Of a stretch of DNA of 64,000 nt, positions 17,653-28,400 are shown piece after piece. How positions within the stretch are numbered: position 1 is the first letter of the stretch; the number at the start of each line of letters is the position of its first letter. The DNA lies in IMG/VR virus record IMGVR_UViG_3300037467_001904, positions 11,367 through 75,366 of that record; one strand, written 5' to 3'. The notes below the pieces were generated by a model, which was not told where the DNA came from, did not search any database, and worked only from the letters and a program-made list of their open reading frames with translations. The position numbers and the translations under genes are program-made. Source of the stretch: a virus. Lineage: Duplodnaviria; Caudoviricetes.

Positions 17653-19599
17653 TTGACCACGATTCCTGCCAGCCAACTGGTCCGCGTCATCCCGAATGTG
17701 CTCAGCGCGGGCGGTGCGGCCCTCGTCATGAACGGCCTGCTGCTCACCAACAGCACGCGAGTTCCGATCGGCGAAGTCCTGTCGTTCCCGAACGATGGTG
17801 TCTCCGTCGCCAACTATTTCGGCCTGTCCTCGCAGGAGGCGGCCCTTGCCACGACCTATTTCGGCGGCTTCAACGGGTCGACGAAAAAGCCGGCCTCGAT
17901 CCTGTTCGCCCAGTACAATTCGGCGGCTGTCCCGGCACTGCTCCGTGGCGGCCCCGCGAACAAGATGACGATCGCTCAGCTCCAGGGGCTCTCCGGCTCG
18001 CTCCAGATCACCGTCGACGGCTATCCTCGTTCGGCCGCGATCGTCGACCTCGCCACCGCCACCAGCTTCAGCGCGGCGGCTGCCCTGATCGAGCAGGACC
18101 TCAACGCCAACCTGTCGAATGTCGCCTCGGTCACTGGGGCCATCGCGCCGGCTACGGCAGCCTTCAACGGCTCGATCGCCGGCAACGTCCTGAGCGTGAC
18201 GCATGTTACCTCCGGGACGCTTGTCCCCGGCGCGATCATTGCTGGCACCGGGGTCATCAACGGCACCCAGATCACCTCACAGATCAGCGGAACGCCTGGC
18301 GGCATCGGCGACTATGCGGTCACCGCGGCCCAGGCCGTCAACAACGTGACGTTCTCGGCCACCTATGGCCTGTTGACGGTCACTGCCGTGGCATCGGGGA
18401 CGCTGTCCGTTGGCCAGGTGCTCTCCGGCACCGGCGTCACCGCCGGCACGCTGATCACGGGTCTCGGTACCGGCGAGGGCCTTCTCGGCACCTACTATGT
18501 CCAGACCACACAGACTGTCGCCAGTGGCACGATCACCGCGGCGCCGGCGCCGGTCGATGTCTCCTATGACTCGGTCGGCGGCGGGTTTGTGATTTCGTCA
18601 GGGATCACCGGAGCGGCTTCGCTGATGGCCTTCGCCACCGGCACGATCGCCGATGAGCTTTATCTGACCCAGACGACCGGGGCCAACCTGTCTCAGGGGG
18701 CGGCCGCAGCTTCGCCCGGGCCCTTCATGACCGCTCTCACCCAAGTCACTCAGAACTGGGCGACTTTCATGACCATGTTCGATCCGGATGGCGGCAACGG
18801 CAACGCCCAGAAACTGCAGTTCTCGACCTGGACCAATGGGCAGGATGAGCGCTGGGCTTATGTGGCCTGGGACACCGATATCACGCCGACGGAGAGCGCC
18901 AACGCCGCGAGCTCGCTGGGCGCGCTGGTGTTCGGTGCGAAGATGGACGGCACCTGCCTGGTCTGGAGCCCCAGCGACGGACCAAACAAGGCCGCCTTCG
19001 TTTGCGGCACCGCTGCCTCGATCGATTTCGAGGCGTTGAATGGCCGGATCACCTTCGCCTTCCGTGGCCAGGATGGACTTATCGCCGATGTCACCGATGC
19101 AACGGTCGCCAGCAACCTCATCGCCAACGGCTACAACTTCTACGGTGCCTACGCGACGGCCAACCAGCAGTTCCTGATGCTCCAGCCCGGGCAGATCTCG
19201 GGCCGGTTCCAGTGGCTGGACAGCTACATCAACCAGATCTGGCTGAATAACGCTCTCCAGCTTGCTCTGGTGGAGCTGCTCGTGAACGTCAACTCGGTGC
19301 CCTACAACACGCAGGGCTACGACCTGATCAAGGTCGCCTGCATGGACCCGGTCAATGCGGGTCTGAACTTCGGGGCGATCAGGGCCGGTGTCACGCTCTC
19401 CAAGGCCCAGGCCGCGGAGATCAACAACACCGTCGGGCAGCGTGTCGACGAGCTCTTGTCGACCCAGGGATGGTATATCCAGGTCAAGGATGCCGCCCCG
19501 CAGGTCCGCCAGGCCCGTCAGACGCCGCCCTGCAACTTCTTCTACATGGACGGCCAGAGCGTGCAGCAGCTGATTCTGAACAGCGTGCTGGTCCAGTAA
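17653..19599 (+). CDS. Tail sheath protein (DUF3383-like) with two inserted modules
   Basis: [48 protein letters not shown]. Confidence 0.85.
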   Translation: MTTIPASQLVRVIPNVLSAGGAALVMNGLLLTNSTRVPIGEVLSFPNDGVSVANYFGLSSQEAALATTYFGGFNGSTKKPASILFAQYNSAAVPALLRGGPANKMTIAQLQGLSGSLQITVDGYPRSAAIVDLATATSFSAAAALIEQDLNANLSNVASVTGAIAPATAAFNGSIAGNVLSVTHVTSGTLVPGAIIAGTGVINGTQITSQISGTPGGIGDYAVTAAQAVNNVTFSATYGLLTVTAVASGTLSVGQVLSGTGVTAGTLITGLGTGEGLLGTYYVQTTQTVASGTITAAPAPVDVSYDSVGGGFVISSGITGAASLMAFATGTIADELYLTQTTGANLSQGAAAASPGPFMTALTQVTQNWATFMTMFDPDGGNGNAQKLQFSTWTNGQDERWAYVAWDTDITPTESANAASSLGALVFGAKMDGTCLVWSPSDGPNKAAFVCGTAASIDFEALNGRITFAFRGQDGLIADVTDATVASNLIANGYNFYGAYATANQQFLMLQPGQISGRFQWLDSYINQIWLNNALQLALVELLVNVNSVPYNTQGYDLIKVACMDPVNAGLNFGAIRAGVTLSKAQAAEINNTVGQRVDELLSTQGWYIQVKDAAPQVRQARQTPPCNFFYMDGQSVQQLILNSVLVQ

Positions 19600-19629
19600 G
19601 CCCCACCTGAAAACCCGGAGAAATACTCA

Positions 19630-20061
19630 ATGGCTACGCTTACTGGCGCCAGCTGCATCATCACGATTGCGATCCCGGGGCTGTTCAACAGCCCCGTTCA
19701 GCTTCAGGGCTTCGCGGCCGACGATGTCTTCGACGCCGATACCCAGGAGATCGCGGAGACTTCCATGGGTGTCGACGGCATCCTGTCGGGCGGTTTCGTT
19801 CATGTCCCGGTCAAGCAGACGATCGCGCTCCAGGCGGACTCGGCATCGAACCTGATCTTCGAGACCTGGGCGGCTCAGCAGAAGGCGACATTGGACACTT
19901 ATACCGCCAATGGCACGTCCAACATCAAGTCGACCGGGCGGTCCTATGTGATGAACAAGGGCTTCCTGACCTCGTTTCCGTCGATCCCGGCCGTGAAGAA
20001 GCTGCTTCAGCCTCGGCGCTACACGATCACCTGGGAAAGCATCCGGGCAACCCCGAACTGA
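19630..20061 (+). CDS. Tail tube protein
   Basis: 143 aa after the sheath; VQLQGFAADDVF...MGVDGILSGG...TIALQADS. Confidence 0.8.
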   Translation: MATLTGASCIITIAIPGLFNSPVQLQGFAADDVFDADTQEIAETSMGVDGILSGGFVHVPVKQTIALQADSASNLIFETWAAQQKATLDTYTANGTSNIKSTGRSYVMNKGFLTSFPSIPAVKKLLQPRRYTITWESIRATPN

Positions 20062-20074
20062 GCGGAGATGATCT

Positions 20075-20596
20075 ATGTCGCGTAAGACCAGCGATGTCAC
20101 GATCACGGAAGAAGGTCGTGACCAGGGCAAGACGTTCCATATCCGCGAGATGGCGGCCCTCAAGGCGGAACGCTGGGCAATGCGGGCCCTGATCGCCGTC
20201 GGCAAGTCCGGTGTCGATCTGCCCGACGGTATCGCCGCCGGCGGGGGAATGCGGTCGCTCGCCATCCTCGGGGTCCAGGCCATCATGCGCATGGACTTCG
20301 CCGATGCCGAGCCTCTGCTCGACGAGATGCTGGAGTGTGTTTCCGTCAAGCCGGATCCGAAGCGGCCGGAGGTCGTCAGAGCCCTGATGGTCGAGGAAGA
20401 CATTGAGGAGATCTCGACGTTGCTGCGGCTGCGCCAGGAGGTCCTGGAGCTGCACACTGGTTTTTTCTCGAAAGGGAGGCCCTCGGAACAGACTTCTCCG
20501 GCGCCCTCGACGGACCCGAGCTCCTCGAATACCCAAACCTTCCCGCATCCATCGGTTCAGTTATCGCGAACTCCGCCAACAAAACGGCCGCGATGA
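20075..20596 (+). CDS. Tail assembly chaperone (G-like), zero-frame product
   Basis: Between the tube and tape-measure genes; slippery heptamer T TTT TTC at 20461-20467. Confidence 0.75.
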   Translation: MSRKTSDVTITEEGRDQGKTFHIREMAALKAERWAMRALIAVGKSGVDLPDGIAAGGGMRSLAILGVQAIMRMDFADAEPLLDEMLECVSVKPDPKRPEVVRALMVEEDIEEISTLLRLRQEVLELHTGFFSKGRPSEQTSPAPSTDPSSSNTQTFPHPSVQLSRTPPTKRPR

Positions 20597-20712
20597 TCGA
20601 CCTCCATGAGCACCTGTCGGTTGAGGACGTCTACGACATCCTCGAGGTGCTGAGCGTGGATGCCCATAACCGCCTCCTCATCGCCGACTATCAGGAAAAG
20701 CACAGGGAGTGA
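20461..20712 (+). CDS. -1 frameshift extension of the tail chaperone (GT-like)
   Basis: -1 frame from the heptamer is open: FFLEREALG...LLEYPNLPASIGSVI...LSVEDVYDILEVLSVDAHN...HRE, stopping at 20712, 3 nt before the tape-measure start. Confidence 0.75.
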   Translation, partial: FFLEREALGTDFSGALDGPELLEYPNLPASIGSVIANSANKTAAMIDLHEHLSVEDVYDILEVLSVDAHNRLLIADYQEKHRE

Positions 20713-20715
20713 TCC

Positions 20716-22869
20716 GTGGCCACGCTGATCGACAGCCTCTATGTCTCCCTTGGCCTTGACCCTTCCGACTACAAGAAGGGACAGAAGGAAGCGGTCGACG
20801 CCTCCAAGAAAACCAAGGAAGCGGCGGTTCGAGATGCCAAGGCAATCGAGGAGGCCGGCAAAAAGGCTGCCGACGGCATCAAGAAGATCGCGGTCGAGGC
20901 GCTGGCGCTGTTCGCCATCTTCACCGGATCGAAGAGCATCGGCAAATTCGTCACGGACCTTATGGGCGCCGATGCAGCGCTGGGGCGCTTCAGCCGCACC
21001 ATCGGGCTGGCTCCGCAATATGTCGCGGCGATCGGTAAGGTCGTCGGCGAAGTCGGCGGCACCGCCGAGGCCACAGCCGGCACGATCGACGGCCTGTCCA
21101 GTTCCCTGACGCGCTTCCGGACCGCCAACGGCGACCTGCCAAACGAGTTCTGGCAGCTGCGCGCAGCGGTGGATGGCAAGATCGATCCCCGCGGCTCTAT
21201 GGTCGACTTCCTCGATCAGCTCGCTGCGGCGCTGCAGAAGGTCGAGAAGGCCGATCCCCAAAAGGCCTCGATGTATGCCAAGGCGATGGGGATCGACCAA
21301 GGTACCTATCAGCTCATGCTGAAATACGGTCAGGAGCTGTCGAAGGTCATTGGGCTCCGCAAGGACCTGGCGCCATCGCAGCAGGACATCGAGAACGCCC
21401 AGAAGTTCCAGGAAGCCTGGAACAACATCTTCAATGCGGTCCAGAACCTGATCGAGAAGGGCATCCGCGCGATCGAGCCGGCACTGACCCCGATCGTGAA
21501 GCGCATGCAGGAATGGGTTGAAGCCAACAAGGCGGTGATCAGCGACAAGATCGTCGAATATGCGAACTCGATCGCATCGGCGTTCAAGTCGGCAGCTGAC
21601 AACATCAGCACGGTGGTTTCGGTGCTCAAGGCGCTGGACGACTTCAACGAACGTTCTAAGAAGTGGGAGATCACCAAGTTCCTGAATGGGTCCGCCTTCA
21701 ATTCGAACACCCCAGAGAACAGCACGCAGTACGGTGACCCGAATGGAATGTTTTCGGCCTCAGTCCGGAAGGGCAGCATCGCCGAGAGCATCATCAACTT
21801 CTTCAGTGGTGGTGGCTCCCAGCCGAGCACTGGTCGCGCCAGCGGTGGTTCCGTAACGGGCGGCCAGGCTTACATGGTTGGCGAGCGGGGCCCGGAACCC
21901 TTTATCCCGAACACCACCGGCACCATCATTCCGCACGACAAGCTCGGTGGGGATCTCTCCGTCGACGGCCGGCCGATCAATCGCGCCAATCCGATGCCGG
22001 TCACCTTGGCGAATAGCCAGGGTGGGGGCGAGAACTGGCTTCAGACCCTTGGCCGCTGGCTGGGATTCGGAGGAGGCGGCGGTTCTTCCGGTGGCGGCGG
22101 GGGCGGGGGTATCATCGACACCCTGTTCGGCGGCGGCAAAGGGAGTGGAAAGGGTGGCGGCAAAGGAGGTGGCGGCCCCAGCAGCGCTGTGGATGGCGGC
22201 GGCAAGGCCATTACCTCGAAGGGCGGCATCGTCGCGAACCAGCGGGCAGCCTATGCAGCTCTGAGGGCAGAAGGTCTATCTGACCAAGCCGCACGCGTAT
22301 TTGTTGCCAATGTCTCCTCCGAGGCCCTCGTCAACCCAAGCGACTACCATTGGGATGGCAAGCATTATTCGCAGGGCATTGTGCAATGGGACCCGACCAG
22401 GTCCGCCGCAATCAAACGGCAGTTCGGTAAGGAACCGCGATATCTGGGCGTCCAGGACCAGATGAAAGCGGCAGTCTGGGAAATGAAGAATAACCCAGCC
22501 TACCGAGCATCATGGCGGGCGATGACCTCGCAGGGACTGAGCGATGCTCAGATCATGGACACCATCGTTCGAAACTATGAGCGCCCGGCCAAGCCGGACA
22601 AGGACGTTCAATATCGTCTACGTCTTCTGCGGGGTCTTCCTGGCCTCGCCGATAAGTTGCCGCCCATAGGAGCGAAAGCGACAGCGGCTGCAACAGCGAA
22701 CGTTTCGAATGACAATCGCTCGTCGACTTCATCCTCGAGCTCGACGACCAACATCAGCAAGATCGAGATCCATACCCAGGCCAAGGATGCCAATGGCATT
22801 GCTGCCAGCCTGCATGACTCGATCCGGCGCAACGCAGCGGCTTCGGCCGCCAACAATGGACCGAACTGA
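20716..22869 (+). CDS. Tape measure protein with a C-terminal phage-tail lysozyme-like domain
   Basis: ATLIDSLYVSLGLD start, helical body, Gly-rich linker, then VANVSSEA...YSQGIVQWDPTR...IVRNYERP. Confidence 0.85.
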   Translation: MATLIDSLYVSLGLDPSDYKKGQKEAVDASKKTKEAAVRDAKAIEEAGKKAADGIKKIAVEALALFAIFTGSKSIGKFVTDLMGADAALGRFSRTIGLAPQYVAAIGKVVGEVGGTAEATAGTIDGLSSSLTRFRTANGDLPNEFWQLRAAVDGKIDPRGSMVDFLDQLAAALQKVEKADPQKASMYAKAMGIDQGTYQLMLKYGQELSKVIGLRKDLAPSQQDIENAQKFQEAWNNIFNAVQNLIEKGIRAIEPALTPIVKRMQEWVEANKAVISDKIVEYANSIASAFKSAADNISTVVSVLKALDDFNERSKKWEITKFLNGSAFNSNTPENSTQYGDPNGMFSASVRKGSIAESIINFFSGGGSQPSTGRASGGSVTGGQAYMVGERGPEPFIPNTTGTIIPHDKLGGDLSVDGRPINRANPMPVTLANSQGGGENWLQTLGRWLGFGGGGGSSGGGGGGGIIDTLFGGGKGSGKGGGKGGGGPSSAVDGGGKAITSKGGIVANQRAAYAALRAEGLSDQAARVFVANVSSEALVNPSDYHWDGKHYSQGIVQWDPTRSAAIKRQFGKEPRYLGVQDQMKAAVWEMKNNPAYRASWRAMTSQGLSDAQIMDTIVRNYERPAKPDKDVQYRLRLLRGLPGLADKLPPIGAKATAAATANVSNDNRSSTSSSSSTTNISKIEIHTQAKDANGIAASLHDSIRRNAAASAANNGPN

Positions 22870-22871
22870 CG

Positions 22872-23525
22872 ATGGCATTCCCGGTCAATGTTCCCAACGT
22901 GCCGGGAGTGCCGCCTGTCGTGTTCGCAGGAACCGCCGGCGCTGCACTGAACCTGATCACCAGTGACGTCGCCTCGATCTTCGGCGGCTTGTTGGGGTTC
23001 TCGCAGTGGGGGATCTATTTCTTCGGGTTCCCCATTGTGTTGGCAGACAATGTGGTCGGCTTCGAATACCGCAACGAGTGGACGATCTCCGATTATCCTG
23101 TCGAGCGCGGAAGCTTCGAAAGTTATGACAAGGTCGCTACGCCATACATGGCGCGGGTCCGTTTCTCCGCCGGCGGCTCGGAAGGGGATCGGGCTGCGTT
23201 TCTCGCTTCGATCGAGGCCATTGCGGGCGACCTAAACCTCTACGATGTCGTGACGCCGGAGAAGGTCTACGTCAGCGCCAACATCATCCACTACGACTAT
23301 CGACGCAGCGCGGACGCCGGTGCTGGCCTCCTGACGGTCGATGTCTGGCTTTCCGAGGTCAGGCAGACGGCGACGATGGGCACTCAGAACGCCCAGGATC
23401 CCGGAGCCTCTTCACAAGTGAATGGCGGGGCCGTGCAGCCTACAGCGCCCACGGCAGCCCAGGACGCGGTGAAGACCGACTATACGCCGACGAAGGTAGG
23501 ACAGACGCCCCGCGGCGACAGATAA
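22872..23525 (+). CDS. Baseplate/tail-tube initiator-like protein
   Basis: ISDYPVERGSFESYDKVATP...LYDVVTPEKVY...YDYRR. Confidence 0.7.
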   Translation: MAFPVNVPNVPGVPPVVFAGTAGAALNLITSDVASIFGGLLGFSQWGIYFFGFPIVLADNVVGFEYRNEWTISDYPVERGSFESYDKVATPYMARVRFSAGGSEGDRAAFLASIEAIAGDLNLYDVVTPEKVYVSANIIHYDYRRSADAGAGLLTVDVWLSEVRQTATMGTQNAQDPGASSQVNGGAVQPTAPTAAQDAVKTDYTPTKVGQTPRGDR

Positions 23526-23534
23526 GAGGTTTGC

Positions 23535-23837
23535 ATGCAGATCGTCCCGCTACGGCCGGTGCCGAACCAGACGATTTCCATCCTGCTCGGTGGCCAGAAC
23601 TGCCAGATCAATGTCTACACCAAGGGCGGGGGCCTCAACCTCGATCTCTATGTCGACAATATCCTGATCGTTGGCGGCGTCGCCTGCCAGAACATGAATA
23701 GGACGGTGATATCGAGCTATCTCGGCTTCGTCGGGGATCTCGGTTTCATCGACAACCAAGGCTCTTCTGATCCGGCCTATGACGGGCTCGGATCACGCTA
23801 CAGCCTGGCCTATCTGGAGGCCGCCGACATTGGCTAA
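23535..23837 (+). CDS. Small baseplate protein
   Basis: MQIVPLRPVPNQT...YLGFVGDLGFIDNQGSSDPAYDGLGSRYSLAY. Confidence 0.7.
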   Translation: MQIVPLRPVPNQTISILLGGQNCQINVYTKGGGLNLDLYVDNILIVGGVACQNMNRTVISSYLGFVGDLGFIDNQGSSDPAYDGLGSRYSLAYLEAADIG

Positions 23838-23844
23838 CAAAGGG

Positions 23845-24174
23845 CTATTTTACAGCAAAATGTGAGATGTATTCCGGGCTTTCCTGCGATTTTCGGTCGA
23901 AATAGGTGAACTTGCAGCCCTTGAAAGCCAGGTCCTTCAGCGCATAGCAGGAGCCGCTTTCGCATCCGTACACATGGCCGCTGGACATCACATTGAGTTG
24001 GACGACGTCGACCTTGTCGCCGCGCTTGCCGTCTGGATCTCCCTGGCAATCGTCAGGACCATAAGTGGCGGCAGGACACGTCTGTGCAGGCCCGCGAAGG
24101 GTTACCTCACAGGCGATGGCCGGGGCTGTAGCGGCTCCCGTGGCCAACATGACGGCGACCCATAGCGACTTCAT
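23845..24174 (-). CDS. Secreted Cys-rich moron protein
   Basis: Signal-peptide-like N-terminus (MKSLWVAVMLATGAATAPAIA) and six Cys; opposite strand inside the baseplate operon. Confidence 0.65.
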   Translation of the reverse strand: MKSLWVAVMLATGAATAPAIACEVTLRGPAQTCPAATYGPDDCQGDPDGKRGDKVDVVQLNVMSSGHVYGCESGSCYALKDLAFKGCKFTYFDRKSQESPEYISHFAVK

Positions 24175-24273
24175 CGAAACCTCCCGTTTGCCGGCATCCT
24201 CTCATGCGGCGATCGGAAGTCAACGAGCACCACCACCGGAATCGGTGGAGCAATTTCCTTTTGAGGCCACGGA

Positions 24274-25146
24274 ATGACCTTCAGCCAGAAGCTGATCAAC
24301 GTCCAGTTGCAGCTGGCGTCGGGTTCGTTCGGCAAGAACGGAGACAACACAGCGACGATCACTGGGCACCGGGTTTCCTTCACTGGTGAGTACCAGGGCG
24401 GCTTTAGCCAGAGCCAGGCCTCAGTCTCGATTTGGGGCCTGCCGCTGAGCCTGATGAATCAGCTCTCGACTGTCGGAAAGAACTTCAACCAGCGCCTCAA
24501 CAACAAGATCGCGGTGTTCGCCGGCGAGAGCCAGGACGCGATGTCGGTCGTGTTCGAAGGGCAGGTCATCACCGCCTTTGTCGACGCCGAGGGCATGCCA
24601 GATGTCGCGTTCCGGGTGCTGGCCCAGCCCGGCGGCTACAATGCCGTGAAGCCTGCGAAGCCGATCAGCGTCAAGGGCTCGGCCAATGCCGCAGACCTGG
24701 TGAAACAGATCGCGGGCCAACTCGGCCTCGGCTTCGAAAACACCGGGGTCGATACGAAGCTCTCGAATCCCTATTTCGCCGGCTCACCTTGGACGCAACT
24801 GCAGCAGCTCGCCAGGCATGCCGGGTTCATGTGGACGGTGGAGTGCGGGAAACTCGCGATCGTCAAACCCGGGCAGTCCAGGAAGAACAGCGAGGTCCTG
24901 ATCTCGCCGCAGACCGGCATGGTGGGTTATCCCGCCTTCTCGCAACAGGCTGTCATTGTAAAAGCCCTCTTCAACCCGGCCGTGAAGCACTATTCGAAGG
25001 TCAAGGTCCAGAGCGACCTGACGTCGGCGAACGGCGAATGGCAGGTCAGGAAATACGTGCTCGAGCTCGAATCCATGATCCCTCAGGGGCGCTGGTTCAT
25101 GACGCTTGAATGCCTTCCTGGCGATGCTCCTGCAGGTGTCGCATGA
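24274..25146 (+). CDS. Baseplate hub protein
   Basis: 290 aa; ISPQTGMVGYP...VKALFNPAV...VKVQSDL. Confidence 0.75.
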   Translation: MTFSQKLINVQLQLASGSFGKNGDNTATITGHRVSFTGEYQGGFSQSQASVSIWGLPLSLMNQLSTVGKNFNQRLNNKIAVFAGESQDAMSVVFEGQVITAFVDAEGMPDVAFRVLAQPGGYNAVKPAKPISVKGSANAADLVKQIAGQLGLGFENTGVDTKLSNPYFAGSPWTQLQQLARHAGFMWTVECGKLAIVKPGQSRKNSEVLISPQTGMVGYPAFSQQAVIVKALFNPAVKHYSKVKVQSDLTSANGEWQVRKYVLELESMIPQGRWFMTLECLPGDAPAGVA

Positions 25147-25814
25147 GTGGAAAACCAGAAGGCTTTTTCGGCCAGCAAGGCGCGTCGGCTGACACCTCAG
25201 AGAGCAACGCCACCGATTTCCAGATCCAGCAAGCGCTGGCGCAGGTCAGAACCACGGTACCGGTCAAGATCATTGCTGTGCATGGTGGCGGGACCGGTGG
25301 CGGGCCGCCCACTGTCGATGTCCAGCCTTTGATCAATCAGATCGACGGCCAGGGCAACAAGACCGACCATGGCATCATCTATGGCATCCCCTGCATGCGC
25401 AGCCAGGGAGGGGGAGCCACGATCGTCATGGACCCGTCGGTGGGCGATGTCGGCATGATGTCGATCGTGGACCGGGATATGTCGTCGCTGAAAGCCAACA
25501 AGGGCGGCCAGTCCAACCCCGGGTCCTTCCGGCGCCACGATCTTTCCGACGGCATCTATACCGGCCCGATCCTGAATGCGAAGCCGCCGACCAAGTTCAT
25601 CCATCTCACCGGCGACGGGATCTCGATGCAGGACGAGCACGGCAACAAGGTCTCGTCGAGCGGTGCCGGCTGGAACTTCAACGGCGTCATCATCGACAGC
25701 TCCGGCAACATCAAGACGCCAGGCGGCATCACTGCAGGGGACGGCACCGGCGACAGTGTCACCTTGCAGCAGCATCGTCATGCCGGTGGCCCGCCCCCGG
25801 ATCCAGGAACCTGA
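25143..25814 (+). CDS. Baseplate spike (Gp138/gpV-like)
   Basis: TVDVQPLINQIDG...VGDVGMM...FRRHDLSDGIY; C-terminal LQQHRH metal-binding tip. Confidence 0.8.
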   Translation: MSGKPEGFFGQQGASADTSESNATDFQIQQALAQVRTTVPVKIIAVHGGGTGGGPPTVDVQPLINQIDGQGNKTDHGIIYGIPCMRSQGGGATIVMDPSVGDVGMMSIVDRDMSSLKANKGGQSNPGSFRRHDLSDGIYTGPILNAKPPTKFIHLTGDGISMQDEHGNKVSSSGAGWNFNGVIIDSSGNIKTPGGITAGDGTGDSVTLQQHRHAGGPPPDPGT

Positions 25815-25825
25815 AGGAGGCAACC

Positions 25826-26176
25826 ATTCGTACCTTGCTTCTCGATGTCGACGCCTGGGATCTGGCAGCCGACGCCACGGGCAACATCGCTGTTGCGGAG
25901 GAACCCTATTCCCTGGCGCAAGATGCCGCGAGTGCGATCCGCCTGTTCCTTGGCGAGCTCTATTACGACACCTCGCAGGGCATCCCGTTTTTCGAGCAGA
26001 TCCTGGGCCGCAGGCCGCCGGTTTCGCTCATGAAGGCCCATTTCAATCGGCAGGCCATGACGGTTCCCGGCGTGGTCAAATCGCAGTGCTTCATCACCGA
26101 CTGGACCGACCGCAAGGTCAGCGGGCAGGTCCAGGTCTGGGATGCGAACGGCAACGTCTCGGCCGCAGGATTCTGA
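25826..26176 (+). CDS. Baseplate wedge protein (gp25/gp46-like); ATT 25826 or TTG 25835 start
   Basis: [50 protein letters not shown]. Confidence 0.75.
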   Translation: MRTLLLDVDAWDLAADATGNIAVAEEPYSLAQDAASAIRLFLGELYYDTSQGIPFFEQILGRRPPVSLMKAHFNRQAMTVPGVVKSQCFITDWTDRKVSGQVQVWDANGNVSAAGF

Positions 26177-26180
26177 ACCC

Positions 26181-27638
26181 ATGACAGTGCAGACCAATGT
26201 GCCGGTTCCGGAATGGACCGACAAAGGGTTCGTCGTGCCCGCAACGGCCGATATCCTCGCCGGTGTCCAGGCCGACATCAATGCGGCGTTCGGCGGGAAC
26301 CTGAATTTCACCACCAACGATGGGTCCACGACGAACCCGACACCTCAGGGGCAGCTTGCCGCCTCGGAGACGGCTGTCATCGACAACGCCAATGCTCTGT
26401 TCCTGCGGTATACCCAGCAGGTCGACCCGGCGTTCGCCGAGGGGCGCATGCAGGACGCCATCGCCCGGATCTATTTTATCGAGCGCAATCCGGCGCTGCC
26501 GACCGTCGTCCAAGCAGTTTGCACCGGCTTGCCCGGCGTCGTCATCACCCCAGGCTCGCAGGCTCTGGCGCTTGATGGAAGCCGCTATATCTGCACCTCG
26601 GGAGGGACGATTTCCGCCTCTGGCAGCGTCACTCTGCAGTTCGAATGCTTGACGGTCGGGCCTATTCCATGCCCTGCCGGCACCTTGAATCAGATCTATC
26701 AGTCCATCCCGGGATGGGATTCGATCGACAATCCGACGGACGGCGTTCCCGGCAGCGATGTCGAGAGCAAGAGCCAGTTCGAAGCCAGGCGCGCAGCGTC
26801 GGTGGCCCTGAACAGCAATGGCTCGCTGCCCTCGGTGCTCGGTGCCGTGCTCGACGTGCCGAACGTGATCGATGCCTACGTGGTCGAGAATGACACCAAT
26901 GATCTGAAAACGATCGGCGGCGTCTCGCTCTACCCGAACTCGATCTATGTCGCCGTCGTCGGTGGGGATCCGCAAGCGATCGGCGAGGCGATCTGGTCCA
27001 GGAAGGCGCCCGGGTGCTCCTACAACGGCAACACCACGGTCACCGTTCAGGACCGCAGCGCCGGCTATGTGCCGCCTTATCCGTCCTACTCGGTCAAGTA
27101 CCAGATCCCAAGCGCATTGCAGACGCTCTTTGCGGTCGCCTTGGCGAACAATCCGCAGGTGCCGGCCGACGTGGTCACCCAGGTCCGGGACGCCATCATG
27201 AACGCCTTCGTTGGCGCCGATGGCGGCCCTCGCGCCAAGATCGGGACGAAGCTGTTCGCCAGCCGGTTCTATGCCGCCGTGGCTGCCCTGGGCTCTTGGG
27301 TCCAGATCATCTCGATCGAGATCGGCTCGACGAACAACGCCGGCGCAGCCTTCACGGGGACGATCGCAGGAACGACCCTCACGGTGTCGGCGGTGTCATC
27401 CGGGGCCCTTGCCATCGGGCAAACGATCGTCGACGCCACTGGCGCCGTGGTTGCCGGAACGACCATCACGGCGCTGGGGACCGGCACCGGGGGAACGGGG
27501 ACCTATACGGTCAGCAATTCGCAGACCGTGCCGACCGAACTGATGCAGTCGGCCGTGCCTGATCTCTTCGACTTCGACGTCCATATCGACCAGGTGCCGA
27601 CCTTGGCGCCGGGCAACATCGCTGTGACGCTGAGCTGA
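26181..27638 (+). CDS. Baseplate J-like protein with an inserted beta-rich module
   Basis: TPQGQLA...[18 protein letters not shown]...[10 protein letters not shown]; module at ~27351-27530. Confidence 0.85.
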   Translation: MTVQTNVPVPEWTDKGFVVPATADILAGVQADINAAFGGNLNFTTNDGSTTNPTPQGQLAASETAVIDNANALFLRYTQQVDPAFAEGRMQDAIARIYFIERNPALPTVVQAVCTGLPGVVITPGSQALALDGSRYICTSGGTISASGSVTLQFECLTVGPIPCPAGTLNQIYQSIPGWDSIDNPTDGVPGSDVESKSQFEARRAASVALNSNGSLPSVLGAVLDVPNVIDAYVVENDTNDLKTIGGVSLYPNSIYVAVVGGDPQAIGEAIWSRKAPGCSYNGNTTVTVQDRSAGYVPPYPSYSVKYQIPSALQTLFAVALANNPQVPADVVTQVRDAIMNAFVGADGGPRAKIGTKLFASRFYAAVAALGSWVQIISIEIGSTNNAGAAFTGTIAGTTLTVSAVSSGALAIGQTIVDATGAVVAGTTITALGTGTGGTGTYTVSNSQTVPTELMQSAVPDLFDFDVHIDQVPTLAPGNIAVTLS

Positions 27639-27642
27639 TTTC

Positions 27643-28392
27643 ATGGTTGAGACCGGACCTCCTTACCCTCCTGGACCTGGGCCGGGATCGAACGGCATTG
27701 GCCTTTTCGAGATCGGCGTCAGCCCCATCGGGACGATCAAAGGCTTCGACGTCTGGAAGACGGTAATTTCCCAGTACGCCAATAGCCCGATCCTGACGCA
27801 GCTGATCCTCAACCTCGACGCCTATCTCGACCAAACCAAGAACTTCGACGCCTTCTACGACCTGATCTGGAACGTCGACACCGCAGTCGATTACGGCCTC
27901 GACATCTGGGGCCGGATCGTCGGTGTCCGACGCATCCTGCAAGTCGAGATCGGCGACTGGTTCGGTTTCAAGGAGGCGCTTCCGGGTTCCGACGCCTTCG
28001 GGCAGGGGGCCTTCTATTCTGGCGCTCCCCTGACCAGCAATTACCGACTCACCGATCAGGCCTATCGCCGGCTCATCATGGCCAAGGCGGCAGCCAACAT
28101 CACGAACGGCTCGATCCCAGCGATCAACCGGATCCTGATGAACCTCTTTCCCCACAGAGGGAATTGCTACGTCACCGAGGGATTTCATTCCGGCAGCTGG
28201 TTCGGCTTCGCGGAATCGATCAACGCCCAGGGCTTCGATCAGGCCGCGTTCTACGCCGGCCAGGCCATCCAAACCATGGTGATGACCTACACATTCGAGT
28301 TCGAATTGACGCCTGTCGAGCTCGCCATCGTCCAGCAGTCCGGGGTTCTCCCCAAATCCACCGGCGTCGCCGCCTCGGTCGTCATTCGCTAG
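27643..28392 (+). CDS. Baseplate protein (DUF2612-like)
   Basis: TVISQYANSP...IWNVDTAVDYGLDIWGRIVGVRR...YRRLIMAKAAANI. Confidence 0.8.
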   Translation: MVETGPPYPPGPGPGSNGIGLFEIGVSPIGTIKGFDVWKTVISQYANSPILTQLILNLDAYLDQTKNFDAFYDLIWNVDTAVDYGLDIWGRIVGVRRILQVEIGDWFGFKEALPGSDAFGQGAFYSGAPLTSNYRLTDQAYRRLIMAKAAANITNGSIPAINRILMNLFPHRGNCYVTEGFHSGSWFGFAESINAQGFDQAAFYAGQAIQTMVMTYTFEFELTPVELAIVQQSGVLPKSTGVAASVVIR

Positions 28393-28400
28393 GTCCGCAA

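Noticed and set aside
22070-22200. G-rich repeat in the tape-measure gene as a G-quadruplex or tandem repeat element
   Set aside because: Explained by a Gly/Ser linker before the lysozyme domain.
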